Of a stretch of 63,537 nt of DNA, positions 33,750 to 43,298 are shown piece by piece (position 1 is the stretch's first letter; every line of letters begins with the position of its first letter). A program made the position numbers and the translations under genes. The notes beneath the pieces are model-generated. The model had not been told where the DNA came from and searched no databases. It saw nothing but the letters and a program-made list of their open reading frames with translations. The DNA comes from an uncultured Oscillospiraceae bacterium. GTDB lineage: Bacteria > Bacillota > Clostridia > Oscillospirales > CAG-382. Where the stretch lies: NCBI GenBank assembly GCA_964525815.1, contig CAZGJQ010000001.1, positions 1-63,537 on the forward strand, given 5' to 3'.

Positions 33750-35948
33750 CTATTCGATAGTTCTGATATAGTTCTTCAGTTTTACAATTCTGTCCTCCGT
33801 GTCAATACCATCGGGGTTTTGTGAAATAGCGAGTGTCTCGACAACGCTATCATCGTCATTGTTATAAACCACATAAGAATCGTTTTCGCATGAGATATAG
33901 GTATGAGCATAAATCAAATATTGTCCCATATCGTCTCTGGACAAATGAACATCGTCGGCTTCTTTTAAGTAAGGCATATATGTATTCTGTGACCATGCGG
34001 ATTTTGTCTGCATAATGGAGAATAAGTACGGCTTAGTATCAGCTTCATTATTGCTTAACTTGCCGAAGCTACCTGGACGAAAAACAGAATACTTTACATA
34101 GTAATAATTCCATGGATAAATCCCATCGTTCTCACACTTCGTAATAAATGCTGAGGAGATATTATCAAGTACATCATCATTGAATGTCTCATTAGTATCC
34201 AACAAAGAAATTAAAATTGTCTTTGTATTGTCAAATCCGCTATTGGCGCTTCTGTGAAAAAGCTCATTCCACGCCAACTGCAGCCGCTTAGATGCATACT
34301 GATAACGCCATTTATTTCTTTCTTGTTGCCCATAATTTCCGGTAGCCATTAATGCACAGTCAATCTTATCCCAAGAACAGGTAAAGAGAGATGTGAAGCG
34401 AGGGCCATAAGAAAGGTTTTCAAGTCCGATAATTCCAATTTGTCCATATAGCATTTCATTGTCTTCAAGTGCAAAGACTGCTTCTGCAAGGTCTGGATGT
34501 TCTTCCAAAAATTCGAGCTTCTCTTTTTCCTCTTTCAACTGATTTACATTGAAGTTGTTTTCAATGCTGTCATCAATCAAGCCAGTAAGAATAACTGCAT
34601 CGACCGCTTGAAGAATAGCGGGGATTCTATTTCTATCAAGTCTGTCGCTGACCTCATCTTCAGAATTTTGAATCAAGTTATTTACTATTCTAATTCTTCG
34701 GACAAAATCATCCTTTGATACTTCCTCCTGATGTTTCAGATATACCGTGATAGCATAAAGCAACACAATTCGGTTTAATGGGAATTGACGGATTCTGCCG
34801 GATTTATCCGAGTAGGAGTGGATGCAATCCTCAAAAATATCAATCTTGTTTCTGGAATCAACAACGATTTTTCCTGTTTCATGGGTATGGCTCATAAAGG
34901 ATGTTAGAAACTCCGTAGGATTACTATATCCATCAATAAAGCACCAACAATTAAAGAATGCTTCAAGCGTTGCGATATTGTTCAGGGTGTTTTCACCCTG
35001 TGCAGAAAAATACAAGTGAAGCAAATCGAAAACATCATTGCTGTAGCTCTGAGGTGACTCACCGTTCCGATAACAAATCATATCGCAAATGAATTTGAAA
35101 TAACGCAAAAACTTATCGTCAATGATATTGTCATCTACATCGTCATCACTTCCGTTACGATACTTCCAAAGAAGGTCTGTCCATGTCTTATCAATACTTG
35201 CAAAGATTCTGTCAGCGTTTTTTTCTCCGGTCTCTCCGTCAAGTATTCTGATTTCACGCTCCAACTCTGCTTTGAAGTGTTCAAAGAGAGTCAATGGCTT
35301 ACCACGAGAGTTCATCTTAATGTAAAGCTCATCGGTGAGTCCCATATCTTTTATGGGCAGGAAGTAAAAAGTAATAGCTTGATTCTCTAAACGCTCCCAA
35401 ATGTTTGGAACATCCTTAAAGCGTTCATTAATTGCATCCAGCATAACTAACATTGAGCTGATAGTCGGGTCTTTTTTCCAATCCAGTGGGAACCATGCTT
35501 GATTGATAATTTCCGAAGAAAGGTTGCCCTCAAATGATGGAACAAAGTCAACTAACTCTGTGCAAAAATATCTTGCACTATATCTTGTTTCATAGCTGAA
35601 TCCTTTAAGGAACTCGTATTTTTCTGCAGAAATCTTTTCTTTCTTTGCGGCGTACCAATGCAACAAGAATAGCGTGGTTAAACGCTGCTGGCCGTCCAAG
35701 GGAGTCATCGTGCCTTTATCATCGATGTCACCGTACACAAAGTCCAAGGTGATGGAATCGCCGGCAATGGCATTATAGAGAGAATCCAGAAAACGAACTC
35801 TTATTCTATTCACATCATCGTCCACACGCCCTTGAGCATAGTCACGCTGAATGAGTGGAATAGCAATTTTCTTAAGCTGAACAGGTTCTTCACCGTCCAT
35901 AAACGCAGTTTCAAATATATCAATAAATGAGCGGAGTGTTGCACCCAT
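33750..35948 (-). CDS. DUF262 (ParB-like nuclease superfamily) protein with a long uncharacterised C-terminal region
   Basis: N-terminal IPLIQRDYAQGR and DGQQRLTTLFLLHWY. No DUF1524/His-Me motif was seen in the C-terminal half. It has a TAATG overlap with the upstream gene. Confidence 0.75.
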   Translation of the reverse strand: MGATLRSFIDIFETAFMDGEEPVQLKKIAIPLIQRDYAQGRVDDDVNRIRVRFLDSLYNAIAGDSITLDFVYGDIDDKGTMTPLDGQQRLTTLFLLHWYAAKKEKISAEKYEFLKGFSYETRYSARYFCTELVDFVPSFEGNLSSEIINQAWFPLDWKKDPTISSMLVMLDAINERFKDVPNIWERLENQAITFYFLPIKDMGLTDELYIKMNSRGKPLTLFEHFKAELEREIRILDGETGEKNADRIFASIDKTWTDLLWKYRNGSDDDVDDNIIDDKFLRYFKFICDMICYRNGESPQSYSNDVFDLLHLYFSAQGENTLNNIATLEAFFNCWCFIDGYSNPTEFLTSFMSHTHETGKIVVDSRNKIDIFEDCIHSYSDKSGRIRQFPLNRIVLLYAITVYLKHQEEVSKDDFVRRIRIVNNLIQNSEDEVSDRLDRNRIPAILQAVDAVILTGLIDDSIENNFNVNQLKEEKEKLEFLEEHPDLAEAVFALEDNEMLYGQIGIIGLENLSYGPRFTSLFTCSWDKIDCALMATGNYGQQERNKWRYQYASKRLQLAWNELFHRSANSGFDNTKTILISLLDTNETFNDDVLDNISSAFITKCENDGIYPWNYYYVKYSVFRPGSFGKLSNNEADTKPYLFSIMQTKSAWSQNTYMPYLKEADDVHLSRDDMGQYLIYAHTYISCENDSYVVYNNDDDSVVETLAISQNPDGIDTEDRIVKLKNYIRTIE

Positions 35949-37660
35949 TATGCTTCCTCCTTTTCCAAAACGATAGGCTCATCCAAATAATCTGCGAGCA
36001 CGATATTTATGGCATTGACATAAGAAATTCGGTCAGCCTGTCCCCAAAAGTGGAGTTGATTATCCGCAGAAGGTGTATAGTATTTCAAGAATGCCATCTT
36101 TGTGCAGAACGGAATATACTGCCCCTTTTTATCCATGTCTACAATAACATTTCTCTTTACATCAAAAGTAGAATTGTTGAGTGCTGCGTTGTCGGCAGTG
36201 TTCAGCAAAGCAAGATTGGCAATGGAGTGCAAATACTCAGTATTACCAGATACGGAGAGCATAGCAAGAACCTTTTGCTGGATTCCCTCAAATTCAGTAC
36301 GCTCGAGTTTGGATTTATCTATGGCAGCCTGCATTTCTTCAACCAACATATCGTGGCTATGCCCTATAGATTTGACCGAAGGAATATGAAGTGCAAGCCA
36401 TTCTTTCCATACCTCTTGGGTACGCATACCTTCAGATTGCTGTGCGTGGATATGCTCCAAGCTCCAAGAAACTTTGCTGCTTTTATTATACTTAAATTTG
36501 TCGAACGGAAACCATTGTGTGTGTTCGCCGTTTTGTCTTACAGATTCAACGTTGAACAAGAACAAAAGCGTGCTTATACGCTTATATTCCAAAGGTTTTT
36601 CATAACTCAACTCAGAGTAGTTACCAGATATAGCGACACTATTTTTTATGAACCCATTGAGCATAGAGTTGAACTCGTCTTTGGTTTTGTTTTCCGACAG
36701 TTCAAAAATTTTATGTAGGGTTAAAGTATTAGACGCAATAAGATAACCAATTTTATGATAAAGTTCATGGTTCTCAAACCAGTCTTTCAAGATAAGGAAT
36801 GTCTGCTGAATCTTTCTCCAAATCTTATCCAGGGAGTTTGTATTACGCATTTCATCAAACTTAAAGAATGTGTAATACTTTTCACGAGTTGAGTCTTGTT
36901 TGCCGGAAATCAAATCAAGAACAAGGTCAATGCGTGTTTGATATTTGTTTTTAATGTTATTGGTCAAAAAATACCACAAAGAATCATTGTGTAGTTCCTT
37001 TTCGATGTTATCCCATTGCAAGGAAATTTCCTCTTGCTTTTTTCTATCCATATTGTCAGAACTGTCACGGCTGAGAAACATTGCCTTTACAAGTTCAGCA
37101 CTTGTGAGAGGAATTTTGCCTATGTTCAAGCGAGTAAACAAGGAAATAGCATCTTCGTTCTCGCCAACTTCGTACCAAATAATTTTTACATCCTCTTTGA
37201 AGTATTCAAAAATGTGCATGACGCGAATCTGCATATCCTGTTCAAACCATTTTTGAATTGTTATGTATGCATTGGCAATGAACCAAAAGTCGATGTTATC
37301 TTCCTGCTTAGACAAATCAACAGTCTTCAAAAAATCTGCAGACTGTTCTCTTGTTTCGTATGAAATAGAGAATGCAGGCTCACTAAAGAATGGGTTGACA
37401 TTCTTCATGTATTTATAGATGAGATACAGGGTTGTGAGTCTCTGCTGACCATCAACAAGCTCAAAGGCTTCGCCTCTTTTACGGACGACAACAGGCTGTA
37501 GGCAATAATTATTCTTGCCATTTTGGTAAACATCGTCCAGAAGACGAGTGACTTCATCCTCGCCCCATCTATATCCCCGCTGGTATGAGGGGACAAAAAA
37601 CTCACCCTTTATTTCTCCAACAAACTTGGTAACAAGTATTATATTGTTATTTGTAGTCAT
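35948..37660 (-). CDS. GmrSD/BrxU-like DUF262 plus DUF1524 protein (type IV restriction-like)
   Basis: Trimmed to ATG 37660 (MTTNNNIILV), 11 nt after the upstream stop. It has the DUF262 motifs FFVPSYQRGYRWG and VDGQQRLTTLYLIY, plus a C-terminal DUF1524-like SLEHIHAQQSE...NLALLNTADNAALNNSTF. Confidence 0.8.
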   Translation of the reverse strand: MTTNNNIILVTKFVGEIKGEFFVPSYQRGYRWGEDEVTRLLDDVYQNGKNNYCLQPVVVRKRGEAFELVDGQQRLTTLYLIYKYMKNVNPFFSEPAFSISYETREQSADFLKTVDLSKQEDNIDFWFIANAYITIQKWFEQDMQIRVMHIFEYFKEDVKIIWYEVGENEDAISLFTRLNIGKIPLTSAELVKAMFLSRDSSDNMDRKKQEEISLQWDNIEKELHNDSLWYFLTNNIKNKYQTRIDLVLDLISGKQDSTREKYYTFFKFDEMRNTNSLDKIWRKIQQTFLILKDWFENHELYHKIGYLIASNTLTLHKIFELSENKTKDEFNSMLNGFIKNSVAISGNYSELSYEKPLEYKRISTLLFLFNVESVRQNGEHTQWFPFDKFKYNKSSKVSWSLEHIHAQQSEGMRTQEVWKEWLALHIPSVKSIGHSHDMLVEEMQAAIDKSKLERTEFEGIQQKVLAMLSVSGNTEYLHSIANLALLNTADNAALNNSTFDVKRNVIVDMDKKGQYIPFCTKMAFLKYYTPSADNQLHFWGQADRISYVNAINIVLADYLDEPIVLEKEEA

Positions 37661-37671
37661 ACTTTCCCGCC

Positions 37672-38079
37672 CTAAAGTTCTTTCAATCGTTCCAACCATT
37701 TTTGGATGCTACCATCTTTGAAAAAGCCAAGCAACGCACCGTCGCAAAATCGTTCAGCGCGGACAGCGCCCATAATCAAAGCCATTATACATTGAGCATC
37801 CAATTTTGAAACATCTGCGTCGCTCATGGATTTACTTCCCCATTCAAGCCCGTTTTGGTTCAAAACATCACCATATCTTGTCAGTTCGAAATCGCTATTC
37901 TTATCGCTGAAATCGTACACATCATCGATAAAGTGATGAACCATTTTGGAGTAGTTTACAAAAGGCATCTGAATAGGGCATTCCGGAGTGCCATCATTTT
38001 TATGGTCGATGGCCCAAGTGCCAAACTTATCTTCATCCAGATGAGGAAGATACTTTGTCAGATTTTCAAATTTACTCAT
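37672..38079 (-). CDS. DUF6508-like protein (family recalled from memory)
   Basis: Trimmed to ATG 38079 after AAGGAGG. It has PECPIQMPFVNYSKMVHHFIDDVY and a C-terminal RAERFCDGALLGFFKDGSIQKWLERLK. Confidence 0.6.
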   Translation of the reverse strand: MSKFENLTKYLPHLDEDKFGTWAIDHKNDGTPECPIQMPFVNYSKMVHHFIDDVYDFSDKNSDFELTRYGDVLNQNGLEWGSKSMSDADVSKLDAQCIMALIMGAVRAERFCDGALLGFFKDGSIQKWLERLKEL

Positions 38080-38227
38080 TTTCAACCTCCTTACCTTCCT
38101 CAAAAGTTGTGTCAATGCCTATAAGCTCCTGGACTTATTGACATTCCACATATTCGAGAGCTTTCAGACCAATCATAGAATTTTTCGTAATGATCATCCC
38201 AAGTCACCACCGACCCACGCTTTCTGG

Positions 38228-38887
38228 TTATTTGATTTCCCACACAAAGGTAGCGGTGTCGCTCACATCAATGTCATCGGGCTGGATATCCATATCAGCC
38301 ATTGCTCTCATTGGCATAGCCATAACTCTTTCTTCAAGCATATAGTCTGTGCGAGAAATAATATTGAGTTCGCCCCAATTATAATCAAGGGTAAGCAGGT
38401 CACCCAGTTCCACATCGGATGCTTCACACAGGACTTTTGCTTTTTCTCGTGCATTGATAGTAGCAGACTTCAAAAGCTCCTTATTAACTGCAGACGGGTC
38501 TTTCACCGTAAAGGCGATAGAAAGCTCCGGCTTCGCAAGGGATTTTGAAATAGCACTAAGTGTTTGAGCCAAACGCTTTGTATCGAAGTCAAATTCAACC
38601 TTTAACCGATGGCTACACACATAACCGCTGAATACGCTCTTATAATTCCCGTTTTTATTCTTAACACTCTCGTAGGCGGTGCGGACATTGAAGCTTGTAG
38701 TCCTCACTGATTTCTTCTCAAAGCCAACAGCTTCAAGAGAGACGTTAAGGTAATCAATCTGCTGTGCAGCTTGCTCCATCGTTTCTTCGTATTCCATACC
38801 TTGTGCTTCAAGGTTCATGGACACGACAACATAATCGGGAGCAGTCTTTACATTTCCCATTCCTTTGACTGTAATTGTTCTTGGCAT
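38228..38887 (-). CDS. SIMPL (DUF541) domain protein lacking a signal peptide
   Basis: It begins MPRTITVKGMGNVKTAPDYVVVSMNLEAQG, the first beta-strand of SIMPL domains, directly with no hydrophobic leader. ATG 38887 lies 7 nt after GGAGG. Confidence 0.7.
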   Translation of the reverse strand: MPRTITVKGMGNVKTAPDYVVVSMNLEAQGMEYEETMEQAAQQIDYLNVSLEAVGFEKKSVRTTSFNVRTAYESVKNKNGNYKSVFSGYVCSHRLKVEFDFDTKRLAQTLSAISKSLAKPELSIAFTVKDPSAVNKELLKSATINAREKAKVLCEASDVELGDLLTLDYNWGELNIISRTDYMLEERVMAMPMRAMADMDIQPDDIDVSDTATFVWEIK

Positions 38888-38901
38888 AGTCATTCCTCCC
38901 G

Positions 38902-41900
38902 TTATAATGATTTCATCACATCAAGCAAACGCTGATAGCTATCAACATCGTGATATTTTACATTCTCCGTGGAAATCTCATTAAAGAGTTTTCTTGCACA
39001 AGAGATTTTGGCTTTTTCAATGGGCCTCATGCTAAGGCTTTCCATTGTTCCTTTTGTTTCTGCAATAAAGAAGATGTGCTTTACTGTACCCTCGTTAAAT
39101 GCAATCGCCCAGTCGGGAGAGTAGTTGCCAACCGGAGTAGGAATATGGAATCCTCTCGGCAGCTTAGCATAAACACACACTTCATCGGCGTTATCCAAGT
39201 CCTCTGCGAATCGGCGCTCCACGCTCTTTTCTGCGTAGCCGTCAGTAAATACATAATCTTGAATATGCTTAGTCGCCTTAAACGCCTTATCGATGCTTGC
39301 CGATGTTTTTTCTGCGGTGAAGATAGTGCTGTCATATTCGCCCTCGATTTGGTCGTAGGAGATATGCTCGACAATCATTGTAGCTTTCTGCTCGTTAATT
39401 AGACGAACAACCTTGGCGATAAATTCTTCGGGGTTCGCCTTGTACATGGCAAACTTCAAAGGCGAGATGCCCTTGATAATCTCAACCACAGTCTTACGGG
39501 TGAGAACAGTGCCCTCCGCAATCTTTCCAACAAGGTCATACTTGATATGGCTTACTTCGCCTCGTTTGAGAGTGGTTGTACGGGTCTTTGCAGTCTTAAA
39601 CGCCTCGCCACGCTCCAATGCGTTTGTGCTCATTTCCTCGGTCTGTTCGCCCTTGGAGACGGTGTAGGTCAGCTCGGAAACGAACAGCTCCTTGTCGATA
39701 TGTTCGATAGCCTTTTTAATCAGCTCTGAGCTTTCAAAGGAAACGGCGTAGGCATATTTGTGATTGATACGCTTCCAAAGCTCTTGGAACTCCTGCTTAT
39801 GGAAGTTCTTGTTAAGCTCGTTCTTTTCAATTTTGGTCTGCTTGCCGTCATCAATCATACGAGCAAGAGCGGATTCATCAAAGATGGCCTGCACGAGGGT
39901 ATGTACCCCCTCTGCCATAGGAGCAAGGCTGCCGGGCATAGGAGCAAGCGTACCCATTTCCAAATCCATGCGGTACTTGTCCGTAACCTTTCTATCCATA
40001 TCCACATAGCTGTTCTGAATCAGATAGAACTCAATATTACTTGCAGTCTTTTCATCAATGGCTATAGGCTTGCCGTCTACCTTGACGAACTTGCCCTTAA
40101 AGTAATCGCTGGTAGCAGCGGTCGGGCGGTCGTATAGAACCTTCTTGATGTCGGATTGCAAATCCGCAACGAAGCCCTTATAACTTTCACTTGCGATAAC
40201 CGTCAGCTTGTTGATGTTGTGGATGCTCTCGCCGAGAACCTCCATATCCATTCTGTTACCGACCTGGTTGACACAAAGACGGAGACCACGTCCAACTTCC
40301 TGCCGCTTCTGCGTGGAGCTGTCGCTATGTTTTAGCGTACAAATCTGGAACACATTGGGGTTATCCCAGCCTTCACGCAGAGCCGAGTGAGAGAAGATAA
40401 ATCTTGTCGGCTCGCCAAAGGAAAGCAAGCGCTCCTTGTTCTTCAAGATAAGGTCATAAGCGGAAATATCATCCGAGAACTCAGAGCCACGCTTGAGGGC
40501 AGAGTTCACGCTATGACCGGTCTTCTTGTCGATACTGAAATAGCCCTTGTGGGTATCAGCGATTTCAATCTCTCGCAAATACTTCTGATACGGCGTGTCA
40601 AACATTGTCAGATATTCGTTGAGAATGGCGGTGTATTCTTCTTCAAAAATCTTTCCATATTCACCGAGTAGCTCGTTGCCGTCCTCGTCATACCGGCGGT
40701 ACTTGGCAACCTCGTCAATGAAGAACAAAGACAGGGTTTTTATACCCATTTCAAACAGCTTTTCTTCTTTCTCAAAGTGAGATTGAATGGTCTCTCTTAT
40801 TTGGATACGGCGCATATCCTGCTCAACAATATCGCCGATAACCTCGCCTTGGTGGATAACGGTGCCGCCTGTGAATGTCACAGTACCGCTAAGTGGCTCA
40901 ATGTCGGAGATAACATAGCCGTTCTTATACTGCTCCATTTCGTTTGATTTGTAGTAGAGGTCATCGCCCACGGCAAAAGTAAAGAGTTTTCGTGCGTGAC
41001 CTGCGTTCTGTGCAACCTCGATTTCCAGTTTTGCCATAGGCGGCTTGTTCGGGGACAGAATAATATTTTCAAGATAGAGATACTTGCTCGTGCCGCTGAG
41101 GTTCTTAACCTCAAAGCCCTTGACCTCAATCTTCTTAACGAGCTTTTTGTTAAAGGCATCCAGAGCATCCAGTACATACACAAGGTTGTGCTCCTTGGCA
41201 TGGGTAGCCGAATAGTTCAAGCTGAACAGAGGATTGAAGTTTTTGAGCGCCTTTTGTGTAACTTCGCCGCCCATTTTCTGCGGCTCGTCCAGAATGATGA
41301 TAGGTCTGTTCGCCTTGATAACATCAATCGGACGGCGAGAGCCGAACTCATCACGCTTGGAGTAAATAATGCGGGCTTCCTTGCTTTTTCCGTCCTCTTT
41401 CAAGGAGGAAGCGAAAGCCTGGGTATTGATAATCATGACATTGATACCGGAGCCGGATGAGAAGTTGTCAAGCTCGTTGAGGTTAGAGCTGTTGTAGATG
41501 AAGAAGCGGGCCTTCTTGCCGTACTGCTCCATAAAGTGGTCGGCGGTAATCTGGAAGGTCTTATTGACCCCCTCACGGATAGCAACGCTCGGCACAACGA
41601 CAATGAACTTGCTCCAGCCGTAACGCTTGTTCAGCTCAAACATGGTCTTGATGTAGACATAGGTTTTGCCCGTGCCGGTCTCCATTTCGATATCAAGAGA
41701 GCAACGCCCGATGTTACCAATGAGCTTGTCCGAGGTCTTGATATTGTTCTCGCTTTGTATGGCACGGATGTTTTCAAGCAACTGAGCGTCGGTCAGCTCG
41801 ATAGCTTCATTTTTATAGCCGGTGTCGCCCATGATATCGTCGTCATCATTGAGCATGGCAAGCTGCATCTGCTGATTTGGCTGGAGCTTGCCCAGGTCGC

Positions 41901-42003
41901 GGATATATGTAGTCCGGTCGTAGTTGGGCTGCCCGTTAAATACACGAACAATCGCCTCCACGGCTTCGGTTTGATACTGCTGTATCTTGAAATTGAATTT
42001 CAT
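38902..42003 (-). CDS. res: Type III restriction enzyme Res subunit
   Basis: Trimmed to ATG 42003 (MKFNFKIQQYQTEAV) after GGAGGAG. It has helicase motifs METGTGKTYVY and ILDEPQKMGG, plus a C-terminal PD-(D/E)xK (YSPDWAIAF...FIAETKG). Confidence 0.9.
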   Translation of the reverse strand: MKFNFKIQQYQTEAVEAIVRVFNGQPNYDRTTYIRDLGKLQPNQQMQLAMLNDDDDIMGDTGYKNEAIELTDAQLLENIRAIQSENNIKTSDKLIGNIGRCSLDIEMETGTGKTYVYIKTMFELNKRYGWSKFIVVVPSVAIREGVNKTFQITADHFMEQYGKKARFFIYNSSNLNELDNFSSGSGINVMIINTQAFASSLKEDGKSKEARIIYSKRDEFGSRRPIDVIKANRPIIILDEPQKMGGEVTQKALKNFNPLFSLNYSATHAKEHNLVYVLDALDAFNKKLVKKIEVKGFEVKNLSGTSKYLYLENIILSPNKPPMAKLEIEVAQNAGHARKLFTFAVGDDLYYKSNEMEQYKNGYVISDIEPLSGTVTFTGGTVIHQGEVIGDIVEQDMRRIQIRETIQSHFEKEEKLFEMGIKTLSLFFIDEVAKYRRYDEDGNELLGEYGKIFEEEYTAILNEYLTMFDTPYQKYLREIEIADTHKGYFSIDKKTGHSVNSALKRGSEFSDDISAYDLILKNKERLLSFGEPTRFIFSHSALREGWDNPNVFQICTLKHSDSSTQKRQEVGRGLRLCVNQVGNRMDMEVLGESIHNINKLTVIASESYKGFVADLQSDIKKVLYDRPTAATSDYFKGKFVKVDGKPIAIDEKTASNIEFYLIQNSYVDMDRKVTDKYRMDLEMGTLAPMPGSLAPMAEGVHTLVQAIFDESALARMIDDGKQTKIEKNELNKNFHKQEFQELWKRINHKYAYAVSFESSELIKKAIEHIDKELFVSELTYTVSKGEQTEEMSTNALERGEAFKTAKTRTTTLKRGEVSHIKYDLVGKIAEGTVLTRKTVVEIIKGISPLKFAMYKANPEEFIAKVVRLINEQKATMIVEHISYDQIEGEYDSTIFTAEKTSASIDKAFKATKHIQDYVFTDGYAEKSVERRFAEDLDNADEVCVYAKLPRGFHIPTPVGNYSPDWAIAFNEGTVKHIFFIAETKGTMESLSMRPIEKAKISCARKLFNEISTENVKYHDVDSYQRLLDVMKSL

Positions 42004-43298
42004 GTATTTGCTCCTCCTTCCAAGTAGAGAATAGCTACAGAAATCAAGGCAAGGCAACGCCTGTAAAAATAGTCGTATTGCCTGTTATCTATAATATCAA
42101 TCTTGGTCGTTTCATGATGACGGATTCTGAAACTATTCCCTATGTTGGTTAGGGCCTTAAACTCTGCTTCATACATAGATTTGAAGTTCGGCTCAGAACA
42201 ACTCATGTCGTCAATTATTTTATTTGCGGAATGTGCCTTGTCGAGTGCCGGAGAATAATACGTTTTCAGCCGTTCAAACGCATCCCAAAGCTTTTCTACA
42301 GCGATTTGCTTATTGCTATCGTGATAGTAGCGTTCAGCTTCGGTAACAAGTTCCTTTAACCCCATTTCCGATATAGACGATATCTCATTCTTGCTAATGG
42401 ACACATCAAGCGTGTTTATGAGACGACCTTGTTCAAACTTGTAATTGATGGAGTTCAGTTTGAATAATGCATTTAACTGCGCTGCAAATGCTCCTTCTGA
42501 GTTGTAATTCTCGTATAGTTCCAACGCATCAAAAACATAGAACGGAGAGTTCTTTAAGATGAATTGCTTCATATCATTAGTCTCTACATAGTTCCCGGAA
42601 GCATCATAGCATTTAGGGGTGTAAAACTGCGAGAGGTCTCGAAAAACGCATTCACTTGTGGTTATTTCGTATTGCCAACCTGTCTCATCGGTTTCCCTAT
42701 AAACTGTGGTGAATTTTTCGAGCAATGCACATAATTGGCTTCGCATCTTCATAGTCAAGGAAAGTTTCAACCGTTTGGATTTAATATCAGTTTGGTTTCT
42801 TTGAGAAAATGGTATAAACAAAGCTGTTTCCTCTGGATTATACTTCTTCCAACCATAAACATCACGACCAGATATTTTGCTTTCGGGATACAACTCATAT
42901 CCGTCATTGCGAAGCAAGCCGTTTACAGCATCGAGAAACTCTTTCCAATATCCATTTTCAACTCTCACAGCCGGATGAAATGAAGCACAAAGGAATTTGA
43001 GAAGCACCTCGTCATCGCCATCAAGAAGCTGGAACCTTTCATCTTCAAATACCCAATCATCCTCATAGTCGTTGTTGTTGATGGTGTGCTGCCAGATGTC
43101 ACCCTCTGCGTTATCAAAACGACTATCGAAGCTTGGTAAGGCAGATAAATCGTATAGCCGCTTTAGAAAATCCATTTCGCTCAATTTACCGTAACAAGAG
43201 CATTGGATTCTCTTTGATTCCCAAAATTCCTGCACGTCCATACCGTATTGAAACAGAGCGAAAATATCCCGTTTGGTTATTTCGGTAATCTGTTTCAC
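42000..43298 (-). CDS. AbiJ-N-terminal-domain-like protein with an uncharacterised C-terminal domain, inserted between mod and res
   Basis: A GTG start lies directly after the mod TAA, with AAGGAAGGTG upstream. The N-terminal pattern FLKRLYDLSALPSFDSRFDNAEGDIWQHTINNNDYEDDWVFEDERFQLLDGDDEVLLKFLCASFHPAVR matches what I recall as AbiJ-NTD4. The C-terminus has IGNSFRIRHHE. Confidence 0.65.
   Translation of the reverse strand: MKQITEITKRDIFALFQYGMDVQEFWESKRIQCSCYGKLSEMDFLKRLYDLSALPSFDSRFDNAEGDIWQHTINNNDYEDDWVFEDERFQLLDGDDEVLLKFLCASFHPAVRVENGYWKEFLDAVNGLLRNDGYELYPESKISGRDVYGWKKYNPEETALFIPFSQRNQTDIKSKRLKLSLTMKMRSQLCALLEKFTTVYRETDETGWQYEITTSECVFRDLSQFYTPKCYDASGNYVETNDMKQFILKNSPFYVFDALELYENYNSEGAFAAQLNALFKLNSINYKFEQGRLINTLDVSISKNEISSISEMGLKELVTEAERYYHDSNKQIAVEKLWDAFERLKTYYSPALDKAHSANKIIDDMSCSEPNFKSMYEAEFKALTNIGNSFRIRHHETTKIDIIDNRQYDYFYRRCLALISVAILYLEGGANT

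Noticed and set aside
38080-38227. The 148-nt gap inside the defence island as a separate promoter splitting the island into two operons.
   Set aside because: I found only weak -35/-10 candidates with poor spacing on the minus strand. An internal promoter cannot be excluded, but it is not supported well enough to annotate.
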